DNA of 64,000 nt from Trypanosoma brucei (taxonomy: Eukaryota): positions 2,464,001 to 2,528,000 of the forward strand of contig CH464491.1 of the NCBI GenBank assembly GCA_000002445.1, read 5' to 3'. Shown piece by piece: positions 30,016-40,311 of this stretch. The position numbers and the translations under genes are program-made. Numbering within the stretch: position 1 is the first letter of the stretch; each line of letters starts with the position of its first letter. The notes under the pieces are model-generated. The model did not search any database, had not been told where the DNA came from, and was given only the letters and a program-made list of their open reading frames with translations.

Positions 30016-32022
30016 ATGCTCTCCAGTGCGCTGAGGTTTGTAAAACCCGTCAAGCGGATGACGGCAACTGCTGGAAGGATCGTTTTTTCTAGCATCACAA
30101 ACACCCAGAAACGCGTAAGCACATCATCACAAGCCACAACCAAGTCGACTTTGGTTCTCTCTGATGAGGACCGCAAGCTAATGCCTCAGGGGATCGCACA
30201 ACCTACCATAGCGGAGCCCGGTGGAGTTAATGCACAGCAAGAACCAAGGAACGCTTCAGATACCATGGATGCAAGTACCGCTGTAGGGATCGGGAACCTT
30301 CGCAGAGGAAATAGCGGTGCATCCACACATGCTGGTGGTTATGCACCGTGGGAAATCCGCGCGCTCCTTGTTCCACTGTTGCCTGTAGGCAACACCTTTG
30401 TTCACATAAGTAGCGTCATCCACCTTCTTCCTTCGGCAGCACGGAAGGAAATGGAGCGTGAGGGGACACCCCTTCAGTACATAGAGAAATATCTATCGGA
30501 CAGTGTTATTGTCAGGGGGAGCCTGCTCTCGCGCATCACAACAGGTGCAAGCAGTTGTGACAAGGGGAATGGATGTAACAAAGCTTCTGTTGCGCCGCCA
30601 CCGCCTCCCATTTCCGTTGGTCGTGCAAGCGGTCCAGCTTCACAGCAGCAGCAGCAGCAGCAGGGCTTGCCTCCGCGAGGTGGTGCGGGTGCGAAAACAA
30701 CTCTTGAAGTGTTGGATATGTTAATTGAATTCATTCCAACCTTCTTTGTACAACACCAGATGGTAGCCGACCAGTTGCCGTCTGAAATTACAAAGCAGTT
30801 TGCTGACAGTAGTTTTCTTTATTATCTCAAGCGGTTCCGTCACTACATTGACATACGTGCCAGCCACGGGAACACTGAAATCCGGCTCCGCCCCGATTTT
30901 TCACACCCTAAGCGGGGTGCAGCTGATTCTCTCTACACCACTGGACTGAGCAGCAATGACATATTGAGCCAACTCGCCCGCGGTCGAAGGCCACCACGAC
31001 ACTCAGAGGCCAACTTAATTCAATTCATAGTGCCACGAATGCCCATCGAATACACTCCAATAGCTACCGTCCTGCAGGATGTGTCAGATATCGTCTCCCG
31101 CCATCCCTCCTTTGATCCTCGTCTCGGGGTAACGGGTCTCTTCGAGAAATACCCAGAATATTTTCAGATCACTGACTCCAAACTGCGAGTTCGGCCGTTT
31201 CGCAGTGCGCCAAATTCATTGGATGATTTGAACGCTACTACCTCACCCCTACCTGCTATATACGAGAAGGTTAAGCAACTGGTGGATGCACAGGCCGAGG
31301 GAAAGGACTACAGTAAAGAGTCAGAGAAGGCAGCTGCCATTGTGCCGACTGGTAAACTATACGCGCTACTTACTAACGTAGAAAAAACGGAGGTAAAAGC
31401 AAAATGTCGCTCCTTCCCGCGTTTCTTGCGGCTGCACGGCGAGGAGATTGTGGTATCTGTGGACAGCATGAAGGTGTACAAGTTCCGGCCAACGTATGAA
31501 CCCTGCGCAGAAACTCTTATGGATCAGCGGCTTATGATGAGTTCACTCTCCCCTAGTGACCCCGTACTAAAGATACCAGCCACAATGGAGGAAAGCAGTT
31601 CTGCTGACTGGGCCGTACGGGAGCTGTACGACGCGTTGCCGCTTATGCAGTGTGCTGAACTTAGTGAAGTGATGTCGCTCGTTCCGCCCTCCATAAGGGA
31701 TGCACTGCCAAAGGAGCTGGAGAAGCTTGTGGAACATTTGGCATTGTATCCCGACTACTTCGCCACCTGGCCCTACCCCGACGATCCCACTGTGATGGTG
31801 GTTCAGCGAGCAAAGCTGGAGCCGTTGCACTTAAAGAACGAAGACATTGTGAGGATGGTTCTTTCGTTTATTCCCCAGGGCGGTATTGAAGCGCACAAGC
31901 TGATGCGTCGCGTCCCGCTTCCTCTTCAAAGACACTTCTACCGCCACGGGTTGAAGAGGGTGCTTGGCGAACTTAAGGACTACTTTTTGATTGTTGGTGA
32001 TAAGGTTATGCGCGTAGGTTGA
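30016..32022 (+). CDS. Hypothetical protein with an N-terminal mitochondrial-presequence-like region and an internal poly-Gln run
   Basis: ATG at 30016, 668 aa. N-terminus MLSSALRFVKPVKRM is amphipathic, basic and lacks acidic residues. QQQQQQQG at about aa 212. No catalytic motif recognised. Confidence 0.55.
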   Translation: MLSSALRFVKPVKRMTATAGRIVFSSITNTQKRVSTSSQATTKSTLVLSDEDRKLMPQGIAQPTIAEPGGVNAQQEPRNASDTMDASTAVGIGNLRRGNSGASTHAGGYAPWEIRALLVPLLPVGNTFVHISSVIHLLPSAARKEMEREGTPLQYIEKYLSDSVIVRGSLLSRITTGASSCDKGNGCNKASVAPPPPPISVGRASGPASQQQQQQQGLPPRGGAGAKTTLEVLDMLIEFIPTFFVQHQMVADQLPSEITKQFADSSFLYYLKRFRHYIDIRASHGNTEIRLRPDFSHPKRGAADSLYTTGLSSNDILSQLARGRRPPRHSEANLIQFIVPRMPIEYTPIATVLQDVSDIVSRHPSFDPRLGVTGLFEKYPEYFQITDSKLRVRPFRSAPNSLDDLNATTSPLPAIYEKVKQLVDAQAEGKDYSKESEKAAAIVPTGKLYALLTNVEKTEVKAKCRSFPRFLRLHGEEIVVSVDSMKVYKFRPTYEPCAETLMDQRLMMSSLSPSDPVLKIPATMEESSSADWAVRELYDALPLMQCAELSEVMSLVPPSIRDALPKELEKLVEHLALYPDYFATWPYPDDPTVMVVQRAKLEPLHLKNEDIVRMVLSFIPQGGIEAHKLMRRVPLPLQRHFYRHGLKRVLGELKDYFLIVGDKVMRVG

Positions 32023-32729
32023 AGAACTCTAACATTACGTGAATCCACTGTTGTGATCACGCGAATAAAAACATTGATGATGGTGACACTTGAGCTACCG
32101 GTTAGCATACCGAGCGTGGAATTTCTTGGGTTGTGACTTCCGCATGCACGGAAGGATGGGCGCAGCATCATTGAGTCCAGAACGCGTGGGTTTGCGGCGA
32201 GTGGTTGACGCTAACAGAAATCATCACCGAGGTAACTTTTGAGAAGGATACAGAAGTTTGTTTGTGTGTGTGAAGCGTGGTGTCGCCACTGAGGATGTTT
32301 CTGGTGATACTTTCTGGCCACGAAAGGCTGATCCTTTTTATCGCCTAGTATTTCCATATTATTGATGACCGTTACTCTTCCCTTCACACAGGGTCACACA
32401 CGGCATATTCAATTCTTGAGTATAACAACTCTCACGCTTGCCTTCGTTTTCGTTATCATTCTTGATTATCCTGTGCATAGTACTAGGTAAGTAGAAGTCA
32501 GAATCAATTTCAGTGACTAGAATTGTTCCGTTTCCCACCTGTGGGAAAAGTTACCTATCCGTTAGGTTATATTCGCTTCGTTGTACATATACACAAGCAC
32601 TCGAACATTTTTATTTCGTTTTTGTTTTCAGGATAGTGTCGGTGTTTTGTTTTTACCTTTTCGAAGTTTAGTGGTATACTCTGTTGCTCACACTTTTGCT
32701 CGTGCGCACCTTTGAGTTCGCTTGGCTAA

Positions 32730-35021
32730 ATGCTACAAAAGGAGGTATTGGGCTCAAATGCGAATTCCTCCACGGTTCTTGTAAAGGACACAGAGGCTGG
32801 AGGGGAACTCCGCGTTGTTAAGCGAATCAACGTCACCTCGTGGGCGGAATCCGATGTGGACAAAACACTCGAGACGTACAACGCTATTGCTTCGGCAAAT
32901 ATACCGAATATGGTTAAGTTGTACGTGGCCATGCGGCAGAGCTCCTCCATAAGTGTCGTGAGCTCCTACTGCCTTGGCGAGGAACTGCAGGAGTACCTTG
33001 ACGAGAAAATCTCCTGTCCTTTAGATGAGGTTACTGCCTTGAGGTGGATGCGAAATATAGCGCGGGTCGTGCAACAGGTCCACAACCTTCCCCTCAACAA
33101 CAGGGTGGCATGTTTTCATGGACCTTTAATTGATCGTATTTTTGTTGTGGACGACGGTAAAGAGGTATGCGTAGGTTTGCCACTACCACGCGTCTTGTAC
33201 TTCAAATGGCTTGAGGAGCGTGAGACGTATGGTGTTAAATTGCACCACGAATACCCACCAGAAGTTCTGCGCGGCCGGTATTATTACACCCAAGCAAGCG
33301 ATATTTGGCAGTTAGGACTCGTAGGAATGAAGTTGTTAGCAGCTAACGCCTCATTTGATCGTCGATCAGCCGCCATTCGGACACTTATTGCGTCCATGAT
33401 GAACCCCATAATGAGGAAGCGACCTAACATTGAAGAGGTTAACAGAAAATTGGGGGAAATCACACGGGAACGCAGTATCTCATGCTTGTCGTCTGCGGAT
33501 GTGAATACTCCGACATCGTATGAACGATTTCTCACTCCGCGCTCCGCAGTTATGGAGGAGCCGATCGGAATGACATCGTTGGATGAGTATGACACCTTCA
33601 CCACCGACCTTAGTAAGACGAACTTCGATGAGGTGACCCAAAGCACGCATAAACATGCCTGGCGTAACAGGCTTCAACCAAGTTGGTACAACCAAGCGAT
33701 GAAGCAATTTGAGGAGCTGCAACGGATGAACTCAACCCCGTTAACGTCAAGGTCACGCCCGGCATCACCCACGCCAGCAACTGGTGGAGCTGTATCACCG
33801 CGAGCGAGGAGAGATGCAAAGGCAACAAACGCACGGGACAGGTCGGGTGGAGCTCGGCCATCTCCCCGTCGGCGCGCGTCCTCTTCAACGCTTACCGGAC
33901 CACAAAAAAATCGAACTCTTGAGCGCGTGCCGAGCTCGGCGCGCAGGGACCTTGCGATGCCCAGAATGTTGAATAACATTCCGTCTCAGCGGTCGCGTAA
34001 TGCCCATAGGTTGGAATTGGAAGAAAAAAAGCGAAGGCAACAGGCTCTGGAGCGAGAGGCCCATGCCATGCACCGAGTTCATGAAAATAGGATGCGGGAA
34101 ATCCGTAAGAACCAAGATGAGTCCATGAAACACGATATTCGGAAGTACATCAAGCAGTGGAGAGAGCAGAGCACCGCCGCAAAAGACGATAGCACTTCGT
34201 ATAGCGAACACAATGGTGTGGCAATATTTGTTCCAAAAAATCCACCACCACCGGGGCGGTCACCAAATGTAGACACGAAAGCAAAGCAACAACCACTTAA
34301 TAGTGAAGGGGATACACACAGGAGGGTTTTCTCGGATGAACTCACGCATGCAGCGGCAGGGCCGGTGGTGCATGGAAGCACACCAAGACCCTACAGTGCG
34401 ACACGACACCCGCGGACACCACCATCAGCTACACCGAAGCGCTCAGCATCTATATACCGCATCCGTGGCATTAGCCCCAAGGTGCCGCACTCACGTGCCA
34501 ATCCCTCCGACAGATACAAGGTCACAGAAAGTGCACCCACCACCACTGTGTCGTGTGCAAATCCTTCCAGTAGCAAAAATAGTGGCACGACGGCCTACCA
34601 AACTAGTGAAACCTCGTCCGGTACATATCCGTCAGGAACGAACAGGGCGGGGCAATCAAATTCACGGACAATCTCCGTTCTGGGAGAAGACGCGACTAAA
34701 CCAAGCTGCACAGCTGGTGTGCCAGGCACTAATCGTCTCGCTGCGGAAAGTCTCAGGTGTTCTGCGGGTAGATTGCGGGAAGCACTGGAGAAACTATTAC
34801 CAACCCGCGAGTTGTTCGTTGAGACAATGGAAGTTGTAGATGCCTTCGTGGTGCGCTCAGAGATTGAGCGGTGTAACCCTCGTTTCAACACAGTGTTCAT
34901 GCACACACTTAGGAAGTTAATGAATGATGATGAACTTCTTCTTTCCGCCGTTCCGATGTGTGCGCAGTTAGTTTCGTTGTTGAGTCTGTTGCAAGGAGGC
35001 GAACAGCCTGAGGGGACGTAA
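32730..35021 (+). CDS. Protein-kinase-like protein, probable pseudokinase, with a long Ser/Pro/Arg-rich disordered tail
   Basis: ATG at 32730, 763 aa. Kinase subdomain IX-like SDIWQLGLVGMKLL and the VVKRI Lys are present. The glycine loop, HRD (ACFHGPLIDRIFVVDDG) and DFG are degenerate. The C-terminal half is low-complexity. Confidence 0.5.
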   Translation: MLQKEVLGSNANSSTVLVKDTEAGGELRVVKRINVTSWAESDVDKTLETYNAIASANIPNMVKLYVAMRQSSSISVVSSYCLGEELQEYLDEKISCPLDEVTALRWMRNIARVVQQVHNLPLNNRVACFHGPLIDRIFVVDDGKEVCVGLPLPRVLYFKWLEERETYGVKLHHEYPPEVLRGRYYYTQASDIWQLGLVGMKLLAANASFDRRSAAIRTLIASMMNPIMRKRPNIEEVNRKLGEITRERSISCLSSADVNTPTSYERFLTPRSAVMEEPIGMTSLDEYDTFTTDLSKTNFDEVTQSTHKHAWRNRLQPSWYNQAMKQFEELQRMNSTPLTSRSRPASPTPATGGAVSPRARRDAKATNARDRSGGARPSPRRRASSSTLTGPQKNRTLERVPSSARRDLAMPRMLNNIPSQRSRNAHRLELEEKKRRQQALEREAHAMHRVHENRMREIRKNQDESMKHDIRKYIKQWREQSTAAKDDSTSYSEHNGVAIFVPKNPPPPGRSPNVDTKAKQQPLNSEGDTHRRVFSDELTHAAAGPVVHGSTPRPYSATRHPRTPPSATPKRSASIYRIRGISPKVPHSRANPSDRYKVTESAPTTTVSCANPSSSKNSGTTAYQTSETSSGTYPSGTNRAGQSNSRTISVLGEDATKPSCTAGVPGTNRLAAESLRCSAGRLREALEKLLPTRELFVETMEVVDAFVVRSEIERCNPRFNTVFMHTLRKLMNDDELLLSAVPMCAQLVSLLSLLQGGEQPEGT

Positions 35022-38000
35022 AATTTGAGGAAAGAAGGTGGGGAATAAAGAATGGAGGAAGGAAAGGGGGAGATAGGGACGATGTACGCAAGGTGGAGGT
35101 CGCTGCAGTAGTCACTGCGCTCGCTGTTACGAAGACAGCACGGGCAAGTGATTAACGGTCCAACTAACCGCACCCTTGAAGAGGGAAAACGATGGTAAGG
35201 GTTCCAACTTGTTTTGCTGCACTGCATGTACATATATACAAACTTAGAATTGTGCATGTATCTTGCATTCTTCGTATCTTTTTTGTGTACGTGCGCCTTC
35301 ACGTATCCCTCTCTTTTCCGTCTTCTTCTATCGCTCTGCATGTCCTCTCCTTTATTTTCGACGTGCCACGGGCGCTGTCAACCATTGGAAATGAATTCCA
35401 GCATATTATACGCAAACGCAAACATCCATTTCAGTTTGAATGGGCGGATTTTGGAGGGACGTGATCAGTCTTTTTATGTGTCTCGCAGTTCCGTACCCTT
35501 TCTCTCACACATTGCCGTGTTTTTTTTTGTGATTGCCTAACGTCTTTCAAAAAGGTGGAATTACGACACACGCAAAGGTGTGTCAAGGGTGGATATGAAG
35601 TTGAAGCAAGGGAAAGGAATGAGAATAAATGTAAAAGAGGTAACTGAAGCAGGTGGAGGTGTCTGTAGAAAGGGGGCGCACAACAAGTTGAACATGTGGA
35701 GTATCGTGAAGAATCCCAAAAGAAAACAAGAAAAAAAGAGGAAAACATTTCGCCCTTCTCTTCTTTTTATTTCCCCTCTCCTCCCTTGTTTCTCCTTCAT
35801 TTCAATAGGCTATCATAAAGAATCACTCCAGTTTATTTTTCCAGTGTTTCTGCTTCTTTTTCTGGCCCTTCTCTTCTCTTCTCTTCTCTTTTTTGCTTTT
35901 TTTCTTTTTTGTGTGAGCGATTGTTGTTATTATTGTTTTCATTACTTTCACTATCATCATCATTATTGACTCGTCCTTATTGGCGGTAAAGGACACCGTG
36001 AGAGAAGAGGGTGAATATTGTTAAAGTTGACGTAATTATGAGCCCTTCAGGAAGGATATTTCCCACCTTGTAGAATTTCATGGGAGTGTACTGTGCATAT
36101 ATATATATATATATGGATATGAATAAACATATTTATTACCTACGCAGTCCTGTTAGGCAATGTTTTGATTTGCTGCTGCTGTTGGCATTCCCCCTTCCAA
36201 CTCGATCGTGTGCCCGATTTCATCCCTCTAATTCACTTTCCCTTAAGGCTCATCTCACCTGTGACAGAGTGGGCGGCGCATGAAAATATTTTCCATTAAT
36301 TTTATATGGATGAGTTAAATTCTTTTGTTTCTGCATTTTGATTCTAGTTCGGGTGGGTTGGTGCGGTGCCACTTGTTGAAAGTGGGGTGAAGTATTTTTT
36401 TTTTAGGTTCGTAAACTGCGGCAACGACAGCAGTGACTTCATCATGAAAAGAATCCACTAGTGCGATTGTGACTGCGCGGCCCTTGTGACTTCGGGGCTG
36501 GCGGCACATAATTATCTCTACAGTTGTTTCATCGCATTGGTTTCCTTTTTTTTTCCTGGTTGCCATGGTGTTGGTGGTTCCCCGCACACACTTACCTTTT
36601 CGTTCGTTTTCACTTACTTCCTGCCATCGTGATATCGGTACTACATGAAAGAGGAGAGAGGAAATTTGGGGGGAAACTATGCGATTCTATTTTTGTGAAG
36701 AGCTGGCATTCTTCTTTTATATCGTCCCCTGTTCTGCATGCAGCTTTTCGCATATGCATAAGAGTTGAATGGTGCGGCGATGAGTCGAGAAAAGAAGGTT
36801 GGGGAAACAAAATAATCACGTGAAGGTTGGAAGGAAAAGGGAAAGGGCGGTGGAAGAAGAAACCTTAGAAGGAGAGAAGGCGATGGTAAGTGGCTTTCGA
36901 GAAGCGGAAAGCGACCTACCACGGGGGTAGGGAAATATTTTGTCCACTCTCACAGTTTTTTGTCTGCCTTGTGGTTTTTTTTAACTAGTTATTTTTTAAA
37001 AAGTAAATCACTTTTCAAAGTTGATTGCTTTTGCTCCTTCATTTGCATAATTTAGAACGTAAAGCCCCCACGACTGCTTAGAGAGAGTTCCTGTTGGAGC
37101 CACGAGACGGATGGGAAGGACAAGAAGGGTCGAAACCGTTCAGTGAATCGTACATCACACTTTCCATGATTGCATAGCCACGCACTCGTAAATATAAATA
37201 AATATATATATATTTGCGCTTGCATATGCATATGCATAACCCCACTGAAAACACCTACTTGTGTAATTCACACCTCCAATACTTCCTACACCGCTTATAT
37301 TATTTTTTCCAATACTGCACACTTTGTGGCTTCTGTATTTATCACCTACCATTTGACTGTAGTAGTAAAGTACAGCACAGGGAAATAGTAAGGAGCGATA
37401 AGAGGAAAAACAGACGAGAGCACCGGTTTGTTGCAAGGTATAGCATCGATAGTATGGGAGATTCTGAAGCCACTGCGGCTGCTGCTTTAGAGCAATCCAT
37501 GCGAAGTGGCCGGACCGTGGTTTATTATACTCACCCGCAGAAGCTTCCATCCACATCAAGGGGCCTAACCAATATCGTTTCTGGTGATCAGCAGGGCAGT
37601 GGGGCAGACAGTCGTCATTACAAACATGAAGAGGTTGTCGCGGCGGGTGATTTCTCTTTCCTCCCGTTCCCATCGTATTGTGGAAGGACAACCGCCAACA
37701 CGGTTCTCTACAAGCATTTTCTGTCTTTTGACGTCCACACATGAAGTGAATCTCTCAGATGCACGTTAAATCCTTCGCACGCACTTCCGCCGTTTCCACC
37801 TCACCAAATGACATCCCCCTTTGAGTTTGTCTTTCTGCTGTGTGCGCCCTTTTTTTTTTGTTGTCGCGGCAGCGGACACCTCCGAATGGTGGAAGATCCT
37901 CGGTTCCCGTGATGGTTACTAAACACCTTTCTTGCTCTCACCCTCCATTATTTGTCTTTAACTCTTTAGTATTTAGTGAAACTGCTGCAATTATTGTAAA

Positions 38001-38086
38001 TTACTGTCCCCCCCCCTTCGCTCACAACTGTTTGCTCGCTGAAATCGCTGCTGTCACTGCTACCCGGTTCGCACCGATAAAAGGGA

Positions 38087-39769
38087 ATGGGAAACAGGTT
38101 TGAAGGGAGTTCTACAATGGATGATGGCTGCGAGTCGCCCCGTGGTACGTGTGAGCGGCTGGTAGAGGTGAGCGTTTATGACAAGCAGTCGAACGAAATG
38201 CGTGTGTTCAGATGTGATTTGCATTTGCTCGAGTCGTCCATGACGTACTTCACACCTATCATCAAATGTTACCTCGACGAAGAAGAGCGCCAAAAGTCGC
38301 GGGAAGAAAAGTCGTTGGATAGGGCGTCATCGACCGGTGCACGCTCCGTGAAAAACAGCAAGACAAAGGCTCACGAGGCCACCAAGCCGTTGAAGCGAAA
38401 GGGTAAAGAAGAGAAGCCCCCCATACCACTCCATGTCAACTGTGACATGAGCACCTTTTCTTGGCTTATGGCCTACGTGGAGGGGAAGCAACGTTCATTT
38501 ACTCCAAAGAATGCCGTGTCGCTAGCGTTGTCGTCAAACTTTTTGCACATGACACAGTTAGTTGAAATGACCCTCCTTTACATCAAGGATCACCTAGTGG
38601 AGGTTATTCTCTCGGGAGTGAACATGGACTGCTTTACTGGGGAACTATTGGCGAGGCTTGCAAGCATGATGTCGGAGGGCGATGTCGCCAGGGCCTTTCT
38701 AAAACTATTTGACTGGCATGCGGAGGACTCACCAAACCGCCGCTTCCTGACAGCCTTAATCCGACACATGTTGTGCGACCGCTTCGGGGAGGGTCGTCCC
38801 AGTAGTCTTCGGTGGTGTGGTCTCTGTGGTGCTCTTTTTGATCAACAGGAACTACAACACATAGAGCGGCGGTATAAAAATGTTAGGCTCCCTGTGTGCC
38901 CCCGCGTGACTAAGAATTCAGTTGGTCACCGGGGTGAGCTTCTCAAAACCCATGTAGCGTCCAAGCAAGAGGCAAATATCAAGTTTCCCCCACTTTCGTG
39001 GCATGAAAAGGAAGTGGAAGCGTGGGCGTGGCGCGTCGTGGGATCGTTGTACTTGTTTGTCTGCCGCCGTTGCAATTGTTGCGTCTCGCTGACGAACACT
39101 ACCTGCCACTCTTGCCCCGGAGGCACCGCCAACTTTAGCCGCGCTGAAGGAGTGAGTAGTGAAGACGCTGACGCACTTCTTGCGTGGTTCGATTTAGCAA
39201 AGAACTTGTACCCAGGAGGACTACGGCCTATGTACTGCCCAAAAGAGGAGGCAGTGCGTGAACCTTTTCTACTTTTAACCCCCAAGGGTGGGTGGTTATA
39301 CGATGATGAGGGCGACTCAAGCGTGCCAGGTGTGTGGAGCACACATCCAGCTGCAGTGGAAGAGTCCGTTGATGCGAAGGGTTATGTGAATATAGGCGTG
39401 ATGAATGGGTTTGAGCGCTGGTTGATGGAAGAGCTCCAACAAATGATGGAGGACTTTGACCAGTCAGGACTCCACGCAAAGCCGTCCGCAAATCAACACG
39501 GCTCATCTCCTGCACAAGCAGGGCCATACTCACCTAACACTACGATGTCATCTCTTTCCCCAGGGCCGCGTAACATAGTCGGAGGAATCCACGGCGAAGG
39601 CGCCCCCGGCCGACCCGGGCTCCGCGGGGCTAAAGGCGTCGGTGATACGCGAATGAGACCTCTCAGTAATGGGACTGACCTGTCAAGGAAGGTGAAAGAG
39701 GGAGCACCACCAAGTGGGAGGCTGCAGAAGCGTGACAAGTTGGACAGCGGTGCGAGACTGCTTTCTTAG
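38087..39769 (+). CDS. Hypothetical protein, possible BTB/POZ-like N-terminal fold
   Basis: ATG at 38087, 560 aa. The N-terminal pattern VEVSVYDKQSNEMRVFRCDLHLLESSMTYFTPII ... FSWLMAYVEG ... LALSSNFLHMTQLVEMTLLYIKDHL resembles the BTB core (hydrophobic beta-strand, then [RH]xxxLxxxSxYF). Cys-rich middle region and a Gly/Pro-rich tail. Confidence 0.35.
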   Translation: MGNRFEGSSTMDDGCESPRGTCERLVEVSVYDKQSNEMRVFRCDLHLLESSMTYFTPIIKCYLDEEERQKSREEKSLDRASSTGARSVKNSKTKAHEATKPLKRKGKEEKPPIPLHVNCDMSTFSWLMAYVEGKQRSFTPKNAVSLALSSNFLHMTQLVEMTLLYIKDHLVEVILSGVNMDCFTGELLARLASMMSEGDVARAFLKLFDWHAEDSPNRRFLTALIRHMLCDRFGEGRPSSLRWCGLCGALFDQQELQHIERRYKNVRLPVCPRVTKNSVGHRGELLKTHVASKQEANIKFPPLSWHEKEVEAWAWRVVGSLYLFVCRRCNCCVSLTNTTCHSCPGGTANFSRAEGVSSEDADALLAWFDLAKNLYPGGLRPMYCPKEEAVREPFLLLTPKGGWLYDDEGDSSVPGVWSTHPAAVEESVDAKGYVNIGVMNGFERWLMEELQQMMEDFDQSGLHAKPSANQHGSSPAQAGPYSPNTTMSSLSPGPRNIVGGIHGEGAPGRPGLRGAKGVGDTRMRPLSNGTDLSRKVKEGAPPSGRLQKRDKLDSGARLLS

Positions 39770-40261
39770 AGCGATCAGTGCGTAAAAACTTTGAGTATGA
39801 TGGTTGCACCAGGTATATCCTCTCAGTAACCTCCATAACCAACTTTGACCTCCGTGATCGCTGACCTGGTGAAGCTGACATCGCGCGATTTCGGTGGCCA
39901 GGAAAGAAGGAAGTGGGTAGATATATAACGGATAAGGGTGCGGCTTCAAGAGAAGAAAAGTATACCTGGTTGCACCCGGTGGGACTTTGTGCCTTCTTAG
40001 CTCCGGTGCGCTGACGGTTGTACGTTGGCTCTATACGTAGCGCATATGCTGCCGTACTCGGCGAGATTTCGAGCATGTAGTTTGATCATTTGTCTAGTAC
40101 GTTCACAGGTCTCCGGCAATGTTTTTGTTTTTCTTTTTACTTGCAAGTGGGTTGTGCTTGTGCTCAATACCCAGCGGGCAATAGTCTTCTGGGCTCACTC
40201 GGCTTACGCCACTGTGTTGGGTCGGCATGCACCTATGTCCCGATGTTGGTTGCATTTTTCT

Positions 40262-40311
40262 CTTATTCCCTTCCCCCACTGTCTTATTTTACACGTGTAT
40301 TTGTTGCAAAG
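40262..40311 (+). promoter_or_regulatory. Polypyrimidine tract plus AG immediately upstream of the ATG at 40312 (candidate trans-splice acceptor)
   Basis: Direct reading: tcttattcccttcccccactgtcttattttacacgtgtatttgttgcaaAG followed by ATG. This supports choosing 40312 rather than the TTG at 40090 as the gene start. Confidence 0.35.

Noticed and set aside
37155-37742. 195-aa - strand ORF antisense to the 37454-37744 small ORF
   Set aside because: The two mutually exclusive overlapping frames lie in a gene-poor spacer and neither has a recognisable domain. Only the + strand frame, which is co-directional with the cluster, was kept as a low-confidence finding.
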